A stretch of 64,000 nucleotides of DNA, taken from the human T2T-CHM13v2.0 reference genome, Homo sapiens. The position numbers were made by a program, and so were the translations under genes. The notes under the pieces were generated by a model. It was not told the origin of the DNA. It worked only from the letters and a program-made list of their open reading frames with translations, and did no database searches. This document shows, piece after piece, positions 15,222-32,600 of the stretch. The stretch lies in NCBI RefSeq assembly GCF_009914755.1, contig NC_060942.1; one strand, written 5' to 3'. The stretch's first letter is position 1. Each line of letters begins with the position of its first letter.

Positions 15222-15694
<473 letters not shown>

Positions 15695-15699
15695 TAGCC

Positions 15700-16860
15700 A
15701 TGAGTATTCTCCAGTAGTTTCTTTGCTAACACAATAAGCTATTCCAGACTCATACCATGCCTGTCCAGATCTGAAATCAGTAATTTCTCCAAAGAACTAC
15801 AGTGGGAATTGACAGTAGATACCACAGTCTGAGCACTGGGTTGTCATTACTTTAGGCTTTTCCAGTGGAAGATTACATAATATGTATTATTTAAAAGAAA
15901 AAAGGAGTTCGTAACTGTATTTCCTATTCAAAAGTAGTCATACACAGCTTGTATTTAACTTACTTGATTTTTATTATTGCATCTCTTTTCACTGACACTA
16001 AAATCTAATAGTTACTACTTTGCTTTTTCCTATATATACCTTTAATTAAAAAAAATACCAGTATTACTAATAACGATAAGACTCCTGAACGCAGTTTAAG
16101 ATCTCTTTGTAGTTCTTTTGTCCTTAGAATTTATCCCACTATGAATGAACAGGTCAAAATACTGTACTTTAAAGTCATTTGAAGTAATTCTTTTCTCTGA
16201 GTGGTTATGCCACCAACCTCATACAGACCTAAGTTCATTTCTATTTGGAGGCTGGTTTTTCACTTAATCGTCTTTTCATTGTATACAATATTCACATGGT
16301 TCCAAAGTCAAAATTATGTAATGGGGACTTTTTTAAAAGCCTCCTATCTTGATCCATCCCCTCTTCCCTTGCTTCCCCTTTAGGTAACCATTTTTATTAG
16401 TTTTTCATTTATCCTTCTTTGGCTTCTTTTTACAAATATAAGACAAATACATATGTATATCCATTTTCTTCTCATTTTCCTATACAGAAAATGTGTAAAG
16501 ATTTCTACATCTTACTTTTTTCATTTAATATATCCTATGCAGAGCACTCTTTATCAAGAGATAGAACTTTTCATCATTATTTAATTTTCAGCTACAAAGC
16601 ATTCCATTTTGTGAATATATCACAGTTTATTCAATCAGTTCCTTCTGATGAATATTTGGGTTGTTTCCAATCTTTCGTTATTACAAATAAGGTAGTAATG
16701 AATAACCTTGTTCATGTCATTGTGTATTTTTGTATCTATATTTTAGAGATAGATTCCTACAAGTGCTGCTTCATATGTAATTTTGCTAGCTACTGCCAAA
16801 TTCCTCTCCATAGGCTTTGTGTCATTTTATATTCCTGTCAGCACTCAGATGCTTTTAGTA
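15700..16860 (-). mobile_element. Old L1M remnants
   Basis: gatgaatatttgggttgtttccaatct...gtaatgaataaccttg; explains ORF 16419..16925. Confidence 0.6.
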
Positions 16861-17299
16861 AATTTATTTTCTGTTTAATTCAGCAAAGTTGGTTTCTGTT
16901 TCTTGCAAATAATAATTCTGATTGATACATTGGCATATTTCCTATTAGTACTAGTTTTGAGGTCTGCCCAACTCTATAGCCATGCTGAACTTATAAACTC
17001 CATTTTCTATATTGTGCCATTGCACTCTAAGTATCCTCTCTGAAAAGAAGCAATGTGGCAAAGCTTCATAAAACTATCATATTCTTTCAGAATCAGTTGA
17101 CTTTTCCAAAGAGAAACACTTTTTTCTTGATTGAAAAATATTTCATGTTCAATGTAAAAACTTCACACTATCCAGAATAACATCTACTTTAAACAAAGAG
17201 GTCCTGGTGTATCTCATTTAATCAAGTTAATTTAGTGGTGCCTGCATTGAGGATTAGCTTATAATACTCAAAGTAATTTTGACCTGTGTTCGTTTTTTT

Positions 17300-18425
17300 A
17301 TTTCCATTATTATACTTTAAGTTCTAGGGTACATGTGCTCAACATGCAGGTTTGTTACATATGTATACATGTGCCATGTTGGTGTGCTGCACCCATTAAC
17401 TCGTCATTTACATTAGGTATATCTCCTAACGCTATCCCTCCCCACTCCCCCCACCCCACAACAGGCCCCAGTGTGTGATGTTCCCCTTCCTGTGTCCATG
17501 TGTTCTCATTGTTCAATTCCCACCTATGAGTGAGAACATGCAGTGTTTGGTTTTCTGTCCTTGCAATAGTTTGCTGAGAATGGTGGTTTCCAGCTTCATC
17601 CATGTCCCTACAAAGGACATGAACTCATCCTTTTTTATGGATGCATAGTATTCCATGCTGTATATGTGCCACATTTTCTTAATCCAGTCTATCATTGATG
17701 GACATTTGGGTTGGTTCCAAGTCTTTGCTATTGTGAATAGTGCCACAGTAAACATATGTGTGCATGTGTCTTTATAGCAGCATGATTTATAGTCCTTTGG
17801 GTATATACCCAGTAATGGGATGGCTGGGTCAAATGGTATTTCTAGTTCTAGATCCTTGAGGAATCGCCACACTGTCTTCCACAATGGTGAACTAGTTTAC
17901 AGTCCCAACAACAGTGTAAAAGTGTTTCTATTTCTCCACATTCTCTCCAGCATCTGTTGTTTCCTGTCTTTTTAATGATCGCCATTCTAACTGGTGTGAG
18001 ATGATATCTCATTGTGGTTTTGATTTGCATTTCTCTGATGGCCAGTGATGATGAGCATTTTTTCATGTGTCTTTTGACTGCATAAATGTCTCCTTTTGAG
18101 AAGTGTCTGTTCATATCCTCCGCCCACTTTTTGATGGGGTTGTTTTTTTCTTGTAAATTTGTTTGAGTTCTTTGTAGATTCTGGATATTAGCCTTTTGTC
18201 AGATGAGCAGATTGCAAAAATTTTCTCCCATTCTGTAGGTTGCCTGTTCACTCTGATGGTAGTTTCTTTTGCTGTGCAGAAGCTCTTTAGTTTAATGAGA
18301 TCCCATTTGTCAATTTTGGCTTTTGCTGCCATTGCTTTTGGTGTTTTACACATGAAGTCCTTGACCATGCCTATGTCCTGAATGGTATTGCCTAGGTTTT
18401 CTTCTAGGGTTTTTATGGTTTTATG
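17300..18425 (-). mobile_element. 5'-truncated L1PA (ORF2 C-terminus plus 3'UTR)
   Basis: Minus-strand ORFs [59 protein letters not shown] with frameshifts. Confidence 0.97.
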
Positions 18426-18810
18426 ATCTGTGTTTTTTCAAACCACGGGTCGTGATCTATTATTAGACTGTAAAACTAATTTGGAGGGCTCTAAACAGCA
18501 TCATAATCAAACAATCAAACCAAAAAGAAAATAGAATGCATGTTATACAGCAAGAGTAAGTATTGCTTAACTTACATAAAGACACACATATAGATATGTA
18601 TTAGGTTACTATGTAATGTGTTTCACTTACTGTGGATTACAGTCAAAAAAAGGTTTGGGAAATGCCAATTTAGATTCAAAATATCAGTATTATCAAATAT
18701 TTCAAGAAAAACGGGGAAATCAGAATAAACATCTCTAAACATCCAGTTTTAAAAATGATTTGTAAGTACATATAAATATCCAATCTTTAAATTTTCCAAA
18801 TTTCCCCTAC

Positions 18811-19019
18811 CTTTGAAATCAGGTAGTGCCCGATCATCAACTAGCAGCATGGGTCTGACTTGTTTCCGCTCTAGTAAACTTCTGGCTGCAGTCAGAGATG
18901 TGAATATTTCATCTTCAGAGATATCAAATTCCAATTTTCTCAACCTTTCTAACAGGTCTTGCTTGCTCTCTTTGGTTGTATTGGTCACAAACCTAATGAT
19001 TACAGAAGCACCACGTAAC
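18811..19019 (-). CDS. HDHD2: HDHD2 coding exon (second coding exon)
   Basis: ctctccAG acceptor; 209 nt encoding (R)[69 protein letters not shown](G); GTAGGG donor; carries HAD motif II (VTN). Confidence 0.97.
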
Positions 19020-19557
19020 CTGGAGAGGGCCAAATTCAGAAGTCAAAAGGCAGCTTTTACATTCTGGCCCTATAAAATCTCCTAATTTGTTAAAACTGTG
19101 CCAAATGTTTTTATGGCCAGCAACATGACAATGTGTAGCCTCTTGCCCCTCCAGAATGGCAGGTTTACAGTTTACATAGCTACTTAGAGATGTCATTGTT
19201 CACCAGATGTAAAAAGATTTTTCTTTCAATCTACAGTAGAAAGCTCATCTGTAAAGCAGTAAAAGCTCTGTCCAACAAGAGCACACTGATTAACAGACAT
19301 CCATTCCCCTATTAAGGAGTCAAGATAAAGTCCAACCGTGCAACAGATTTTTTTTTTACTTTAAACAACATGTTGTCCACTGCTTCTCCACCTATAAAAT
19401 GAACATCATGACTCCTAACTAAATTGGTAACTCCCAACTGATGCCTGCCAGATATATAAGTATGTATTTCTTGATTCCCCAAATGAAAGGTAAGCTCCTT
19501 GAAAGAAAGTGAGGTTTGTGTCAATCTTTTGCCCTAATACCTGGCACTGTGATATGA

Positions 19558-19875
<318 letters not shown>

Positions 19876-20653
19876 TATGAGTCACTAGATTTTCTGATTA
19901 ACACCATACTATGAACATTTTAAGGTTGGAAAACATGTACCACATACTAAGTATTGCTGATTTTGAAAACTTCTCTAAATTATTTTAGGATAAAGATCCT
20001 TAATATATGTTATTGGTTCTGTTGTGATTAGTTGATTTTTTTTTCAGGACACCCAGAAGCAAACATTCACATTCCGCTTACTTTAACATACTTTTACTAG
20101 GTGTCTCATTTGTATCCAGACTTCTGTTTAGTATTGTGGTTGGTACATGAGAAATATAAGACAGTCCTTAGCCTTTAAAAGTGTTTAGTTGATGGAAATA
20201 ACACAAAAATTTCAAGTTCTTTAGCTAAACTTTATTTGAGCAGTTGCACAATCGATGTTAGATCCTAGGTAAAACAAGAAAGAGCAGCATTATGCCTGTC
20301 TGTGTGTGTTTTATTTTGTGATTCCAGGATTCATTTGTGATTTTTTCCAATGATATTTATTCCACATTGTAGACTCTTGAGTTGTCATTCCAACATTTAT
20401 ATTACTGACTTAGAAAATGACATACATATAGAACAAAAAGACTGGATCAAAAGGCCAAACCTAATAAAGGCTTAGAAAACAATGTTTGGAAGAAATTGTA
20501 ATGCATACATCTTCTAGCTAAACCCAAGGCAGTTCCTATATATGGTTAAGATGGTAAAATGCCATCTTAAGGCCATCCATTTAGCTAATGATCTGCCGTG
20601 GTAAAATGGCACTTACAAACATATTTGTCAGCTGAACCTGGAGGATAGCTTGC

Positions 20654-20754
20654 CTTTTAAGAGCTTCCTGTGCGCCTGGCACAGCTGCATCTTCAATGTG
20701 AAGTGTGCCACTGAGATCTACCAAAACAGCTTTTAATGCACGGCATGCTGCCAT
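20654..20754 (-). CDS. HDHD2: HDHD2 first coding exon (exon spans 20654-20764 including 10 nt of 5'UTR)
   Basis: ctctcctAG acceptor; AGGATGG strong Kozak; [33 protein letters not shown](R) with HAD motif I variant DLSGT; 101 nt CDS, phase 2, GC donor. Confidence 0.96.
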
Positions 20755-21229
20755 CCTTCATTCCCTAGGAGAGAGCAAATGAAATTAAAAATACAGTTTA
20801 GGAAACAATGGACAATTAAAAACTGGTAAGTATTCAAAAATATCACTCATATCCAGAAAGATCCTGCTTAGTGTTAAGCTGCTTCCATTTTGGAGAAAAC
20901 TGGTTTTAAAAATTACAAATCCAAAATTTGATCCATAAACCTTTTACAATACTTAGGTTTTTTTTAAAAAAAAAAAAACACTTGAATTAAAACTATAGGA
21001 AGCAAAACGCTTACAGAGGTATCACTATTTACTTTCAGGTTTTTAAAAAGAACTCTGGTGAACAATTCATTCATTTATTTTATTTTTAAACCTGAGAATA
21101 ATGTACTCCAAAGAATGGGTGGATGAAAGGACTAAATCATTAGCAGAGTCTTCTTCATCTTTGGTTATGTATAATGCAAATATTCTCATCGCCCTTCTTT
21201 GCTGCTGTAACCTGAAACAGAATATGTGG

Positions 21230-22202
21230 CTCTCCCTCGTCCACCACTGCCACCTCCTCCTTTTTGCCACTCTTGGTGCAGACATGGTACCTCTTTTGTG
21301 AAGTGGCAGCTGAGGAGACTCTGGCAGTCACCATGGCCAACAAAAAGCCCAAGGAAGAAGTCAAAACTGAGAACAACGATCATATTAACTTGAAGGTGGC
21401 AGGGCAGAATGGTTCTGTGGTGCAGTTTAAGATTAAGAGGCATACACCACTTGGTAAACTAATGAAAGACTATTGTGAATGACAGGGATTGTCAATGAGG
21501 CAGATGAGATTCCAATTTGATGGGCAATCAATCACTGAAACAGACATACCTGCACATTTGGAAATGGAGGCTGAAGATACAATGGATGTGTTCCAGTAGC
21601 AGACGAGGTGTCTAGCGAAAAGGGAACCTGCTTCTTTACTCCAGAATTCTGTTCTTACAGACCAAGCTTACATTCTCAATCAGAAAATGGCGATTTGATT
21701 CCACCACATCCTGATGACTAGTTTTCTCTATTCTTTCCTTTCCTCTTTCCCCATTCCTTTACAGTACACAAAGTAACTGGTATATGTGCACAAGCATATT
21801 TCATTTTTTTAACTAAATAGCCAATGGTATGTTCTGATTGACATCAAGTGGAGATGGGATGGGGAAAAATACTGATTCTGTGAAAATACCCTTTCTCCAT
21901 TAGTGGCATGTTCATTCAGCTATCTTTACATTTCAGTAAGTTATTTTGCTCTGTTTTAACAACAACAACAACAAAAACCCCATAAAAATCCCTGCATATC
22001 TTGTTCAATTGGAGAATTTTAATGTTTTTCATTTATCAATGTAAAACCAAAGACAATTTTATAACTTTTTCTGCATAGCTGTTACGTATAGGGCAATCTG
22101 TCTTTAAGCAGGGATAAATTACTCAAAAAAAAAAATCCTATTTTTCCCTTCAAGTCAAGCATCTTGGTGTTTAAATAAACTTCCTGTTGGAAAAAAAAAA
22201 AA
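21230..22202 (+). pseudogene. SUMO2 processed pseudogene
   Basis: Intronless; ATG at 21333 [49 protein letters not shown]; stops at 21480 and 21597; deletion at the C-terminal GG; 5'UTR, 3'UTR, AATAAA 22174-22179 and poly(A) retained. Confidence 0.95.
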
Positions 22203-22211
22203 GAAGAACAG

Positions 22212-22548
<337 letters not shown>

Positions 22549-22963
22549 TTAAATCAAATGATCAAATTAACACCATTAGTAATGGGACAAACCAACATCA
22601 TGTGCTTCCTGAGAGAGACAACATCACCTGTGCAGGATTCCTACTTAAATGTTCAACCCAAGTTGAAGCATAAGGAAAAAGTCAGGCAATTCGAACTAAA
22701 GAAAATTGTACAAAACAATTGGCTGGGTGAGGAACTGTATCAAATTAAAGGAGTCTGAAGAGACATGGCATCTAAATGCAATGCATGAGAGTAATATAAA
22801 GCCAATGGAGCAAGAATTAACAATTAGTGACTTCAGGTGAAGAATATATGGTTTTTACTGCACTATTACAAACTTTCAACATAAAAAGTTTGAGAAAAAT
22901 AAGTTAATAGGAGATTTCTTATCAAAGTGGGCGAAAGAAGGATGTTTTCATACCTAATAACAG

Positions 22964-24200
<1,237 letters not shown>

Positions 24201-24837
24201 GAATGGTAATAGTTATACAAAATGAAATTCCATGTATCTACCTCATCCCCAACTTAAGAACAGAACTAATGGCAATATTGCTGAAGCCTCCTGTAAGAAC
24301 CTGGTCAGTTAAATTTCCTGGAAGTAACTGGTACAATTAATTTGTGATAATAACTTTCTTTCTTTTCTTCATATTTTTTACCAATTGCTTAGTTTTACCA
24401 TTTTAGAATGTTACAAAAATGAAATCACAATGTACACATTCTTTCACAATTTTCGTGATTTATTTTGCTCAACATTGTATTTCTGAGATTCAGCCACGTT
24501 GGTGCCTTTTATATTCTACCAAAAGCAAAACCAAGATCCACCTTTTGGGATTCTGACTAGAACTACATTTAATCTACAGAGCAATATCAGGACAACTAAG
24601 ATCATTATTATATTGCCATCCTATCCATCAACATACTGTATCTCTCCATTCACATAATTTTTTTAGTTTTATAAATATCTACATAAATGGCTTGCATATA
24701 TTTGTAGACACAACTCTATCATTGCTATATTAAATTATTTTAAATTACTTTTCTAACAGTTTGGTGTTGGTGTATTAAAATACATTTTTTGTTGTTATTG
24801 TTGTTTTTGTCTTATATCCTTTAACCATTCCAAACTC

Positions 24838-25126
24838 TTTTTTTTTGAGACAGGGCCTTGTTCTGTCACCCAGGCTGGAGTGCAGTTGCATGATCACAGC
24901 TCACTGCAGCCTCGACTGCCCATGCTCAAGCAATCCTCTCACATCGGCCTCCCAAGTAGCTGTTTCCACAGGTGTGCACCACCACGCCTGGCTAATTTAT
25001 TTTTTCTGTAAAGATGGGGTCTTCCTATGTCTCTCAGGCTGGTCTCCAACTCCTAAGCTCAAGTGATCCTCCCACCTTGGCCTTCCAAAGTGCTGAGATT
25101 ACAGGTGTGAGCCACTACACCTGGCC
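24838..25126 (-). mobile_element. AluJ within old minus-strand L1M remnants (~24210-25640)
   Basis: Reverse diverged Alu; flanks read as degenerate L1. Confidence 0.88.
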
Positions 25127-25144
25127 CCAAACTTTCTTAATTCT

Positions 25145-25288
25145 AAAATAAGAAAAAATAGAAACAAAATTGTCACTTGTAGTTGGTAGTTATTATCTAC
25201 ATAGAAAATTATTGTCTACATAGAGAATTTTCTATGTAGACAATAATTACCAACCACAAGTGATAATTTTTTCTATTTTTCTTATTTT
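25145..25288. repeat. ~144-bp imperfect palindrome (inverted repeat)
   Basis: Arm 25145-25210 is about 90% identical to the reverse complement of 25226-25288; the core 25207-25248 is a 42-bp palindrome with one mismatched pair. Confidence 0.92.
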
Positions 25289-26119
25289 CTGTTTTATTAT
25301 TCTAGTTAGGAACTCCATAATTGAATAGAAGTAGTGATAGCATGCATCCTTATTCTGTTCTTGAAAGGAATGCTTTTAGTATTTAAACATTAAGTAAACT
25401 TACTGTAGAACTCTGCTGATATTTCAGCCATTTAAGAAAGTTCCCTTCTATTCCCAGTTTGCTAAAAATTTTTGTCATAAATGGCTATTGGATTTTACCT
25501 ACTACTTTTTCTGTATCCAATGAGATGATCACATTTTTTCCCCTTAAGCTGTCAATGGGGTCAATTAATGTTAAGACAATCTTGCACAAATCCAATGCAG
25601 TCCTGATATATTATCTTTTTTTACTTACTGCTAGATTCAAATACTAAAAGATAAGAAACAACCTAAATGACCATCAACAGAAGGCTAGTTTAATAAATTA
25701 TGATATTTGCCAGGTTTTTCCACATTCAGTATTTTTCCCTTTCACATTTTATTCTTTGGGGCTGAGTCATTAAAGAGGGTAGGGAGGAACTAAACTCCAC
25801 CTTCTAAAAATAGGAGTGTCCTCATATATTATTTCAAATTCTTCTGTGAGAAAGACTTGTTCTCCATTGATTTACTCAATCATTTATTTTATGTAATCAG
25901 TATGGGCTCACAGATATTTATTCTATTCTTTGTGCCATAAGCTAATACTATGTCATTTAGTTTGTTGTAAAATTGTTTTAGCTTTGGCCATTGAGAGCTC
26001 TCTCAGGTTGGCTCCTGTGCCTCCATCCTTTTGTTTTTTGAGCACTTCTTTGCTTTTGGAACTACATGATGCTCCAGACTCATCTTGTCTTTTCCTGTAA
26101 GCTGATAATTGATTACATT

Positions 26120-26481
26120 TTGATATGGTTTGGCTGTGTTCCCACTCGAATCTCATCTTGAATCGTAGCTCCCATAATTCCCACGTGTCGTGGGAGGGAC
26201 CCAATGGGAGGTAATTGAATCATGGGGGTGGGTTCTCCCATGGTGTTCTAGTGATAGTGAGAAAATCTCCCAAGATTTGATGGTTTAATAAAGAGCAGTT
26301 CCCCACACATGCTCTCTTGCCTGCCAGCATGTAAGACATGCCTTTGTTACTCCTTCGCCTTATGCCATGATTGTGAGGCCTCCCCAGCAATGTGGAATTG
26401 TGAGTCCATTAAACATCTTTCCTGTATAAATTACGCAGTCTTGGGTATGTCCTTACAGCAGCGTGAGAATGAACTAGTACA
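26120..26481 (+). mobile_element. THE1/MST (MaLR) solo LTR
   Basis: tgatatggtttggctgtgttccc...gattgtgaggcctccccagc...gaactagtaca. Confidence 0.9.
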
Positions 26482-27480
26482 GATTTTTAGATGATTGGGA
26501 AAGAAATCAAAAGAATAATATTTTGTGATACCTTAAAATAATATGAAATTAAAGTTTTAGTTCCATAAATAAATGTTTTTCATTTCATAAAAAAAAAAAA
26601 AGTTTGTAGAAAAAAATTTTCTTTCCTGTTAACTAGATATCTACCTAATATTCTCAATTTTACTTTTTGGCCTGCAAAGCCTTACTATCTGGCCCTTTAC
26701 AGAAAAAGTTTATTGACCCTGTGCTAGGGGAGGAGATTCCTACTGGAGAAGAGTGGCAAAAAAACCCCAAAAAACCCTAAAACCAGCAAGCTAAACACCC
26801 TTAATTCCACTTACAGAGACATACACATAACATTATGCCCCATATGGTCACAGAATGTGAGTACATACGTTCTCATAAAGAAAAAACTTGTATATGCTTC
26901 TATTTAGAAGTGTGAGGGCAAAAGTGGGCTTTGAGGAGAAAGAAAAATAATGAGGAAAATACATGTGATTATATAAGAATAAGAGAACAGACCATAAATA
27001 TTTAAGTAATGAACAAAAAAAACATTACAGCTACACAGGATCTTCGATTATCTGCTCTCGAACCACCCCTCACCCCTTTCTACACACACTGGTTTTACAC
27101 CTTAGTTGGGAAAACCAAGGTCCAGATAATGTCTATATAGATATTACCTTCTCTTGAGAATGATGGTGCTCAGATGAAGAAATTACTAACAAAGATTTGT
27201 TACTAAATTTGCCTTCTAACTTTTTCTAAAGGTTCAATGCGCCTGACAAACTACTCTTAAATGAAACAGAATTTACCTCCCTACACAGAATATACCAGAC
27301 ATACCACACAAATATTAAATAGATCTTTGGCACATTATTTATAATAAACCTGTTATATTAATGGAAATAATGTTATTAATAATGTATAAAATTAGATATA
27401 CAACAGGAATAAAAATTTAATGAAAAAATTTAGAAGCATGTGTCCAAGAAGCTATTTTTCTCTTTTAAAAGAAGATTGTT

Positions 27481-27743
27481 GGCCAGGTACAGTGGCTCGC
27501 ACCTGTAATCCCAGCACTTTGGGTGGCTGAGGTAGGAGGATTGCTTGAATCCAGGAGTTCGAGACCAGCCTGGGCCATAAAGCGAGACCCCCATCTCTAT
27601 AAAAAATAAATTAAAAAGTAGCCAAGCATGGTGGCGTGTGCCTGTAGTCTCAGCTACTGGGATTGCGTAAGCCCAGGAGTATGGGGCTGCAGTGGGCTAT
27701 GACCATGCAGTCAGGGCAACACAGTGAGACTATATCCCTAAAA
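27481..27743 (+). mobile_element. AluJ with internal deletions
   Basis: Alu start, diverged right arm. Confidence 0.85.
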
Positions 27744-28479
27744 CACACACATATATATATATTTGTATTCTACTAATATTTCCTCATCACACTAAAGACA
27801 CAACTACTCATGATGCTTAAGAAATAATGCAGTGTTCTAGTAGAGTTATTTTTCCAGTTAACTGAAGGTAACTAGAAATGATAAGAAATGTTTATTTCAA
27901 ATAACTATTACTCAAAACGTTTTGGGATTTTTCTCTTTAGGAATTACCATCAATGTTAGCATATGAGCCATACATGAAAATCAGCCTCATTAACCAATGG
28001 CTCCATTTTATTTTTAACTCCAAGTGGCATTACTCTCCTTGACTACCCATCTCATTCAGCAGGCTTTATTCTGACACTTTCAAAATTATATCCATCTTTA
28101 AAGCATACAAATTGTAACCAATAAAAATATCCCAAAGAACATGTACTAGCTCAGAAAGCAATTCCAAAATAGGAGTCCAAAAAGATCTTGAGCAATGTAG
28201 AAACTTATCGTTTCCTACCCTGACTACTTTGAAAGAGTAAACATTTATTGATGAATAAACTCTGGTATGCTTATTTTTAAAACTCACTTTAAACTTGGGC
28301 TTCCATAATATAGCAGGCTAAGAATCAAATTAACTCTCCAAATAAAGCCTAACAATACTAGATAAAAAATTATACACATGTGTGTGTGCACGTCTGCACG
28401 CATGCGCATGTGTGTAAGCCACAAGGTGCAAGGAAAAAAAGAATTGTTAGATCTGAATAAAAGCAAGAAACTCAGGAGA

Positions 28480-31350
<2,871 letters not shown>

Positions 31351-32289
31351 ATGAGTCTTATATTTTAGTCAGTTTTTTCTCATACATTTAATAGTTATAA
31401 AAAACTAAATTAGTCCAGTAGTCCAGACAATTACTATACACTCAGCATAAAAGCCTCCACCTTCAAGGCATTTTGAATTTTAAGTAAATCCCCGATTCTG
31501 TTTGTCTTTCATAATGTATCTGATGAAAGAGGGAAAAAGAAGACTGCAGAGGTTAAAAAATATATTAAGAGCTGTGGTTAATCAAATTTCAACTGCAAAA
31601 TCCTACCTTCTCTAATAGTCCACATGTTATTCTATTTCTGATCTTTATTGTGACCTTGAATTGAAGGATTATATAAGCAAGAGCATCAACTATTACCTCC
31701 CTGAGACAGAAAACAGCTTGTTCATCAAAAGACTAGACCGTTCCTAGGGATTCCATTTGGATGTGTAATAGTTAAAAAATTATTTGAAGTACACTACAAA
31801 AGAATGGACCAAAAAAAGGCATTTTCTTTTCATATATACAGAGGAATCTAAAATTGCTTCTCTCAAAACCCAGCTTTTATGGGAGATATCTAATATTCAA
31901 GAAGAAACGTTACCTCTGAAGGTGATTAAAGAACAAATATGAACAAGACCAGAAAAGCAATGAAAGTAAGAACTGTACTATTTACTTGGAGCCAAGGAAC
32001 TGTCATAATACATATTTATCATTTTAATCCTTACTGAAGCATCCACACAGGCTTAATGTTACCAAAACATTTTAAAAGCCTATATTCTTTGCTCTCACCA
32101 GTTCCATAGAACGTACCTTTTAAACTCTAAAATGCTCTTCTGGAGCACCACATATTTGAGAGTGACTGACTAAGGCCTAGAATAAAATTGAGGTGCCCCA
32201 CTCATACCTCAAAATATACTTACTTCTTCAGTTAGTCCCACTAACTTGATCACTTGATCACTATGACCTCTCTTCTTGTCCAAAACTTT

Positions 32290-32600
32290 GTTTTTTCTTT
32301 CTTTTTTTTTTTTTTTTGGAGACAAGGTCTGACTCTATCTCCTAGGCTGGAGTGCAGTGGCACTATCTCTCAGCTCACTGCAACCTCTGCCTCCCCGGCT
32401 CAAGCCATCCTCCCACCTCCGCCTCCCAAGTAGCTGGAACCACAGGTGTGCACCACCACGCCCACCTAATTTTTGTACTTTTAGTAGAGACGGGGTTTCA
32501 CCACGTTGCCCAGGATGGTCTCGAACTGGTGAGTTCAAGTGATCCATCCGCCTTGGGCTCCCAAAGTGCTGGGATTACAGGTATGAGCCACCAAGCCTTG
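32290..32600 (-). mobile_element. Alu
   Basis: Reverse dimeric Alu. Confidence 0.92.

Noticed and set aside
16419-16925. 168-aa plus-strand ORF
   Set aside because: Antisense reading of an old L1 remnant; non-ATG start
17513-18368. Active L1 ORF2
   Set aside because: Only ~1.1 kb of the 3' end, frameshifted, with no ORF1 or promoter
21264-21482. Functional SUMO-family gene
   Set aside because: Premature stops and loss of the di-glycine motif make it a processed pseudogene
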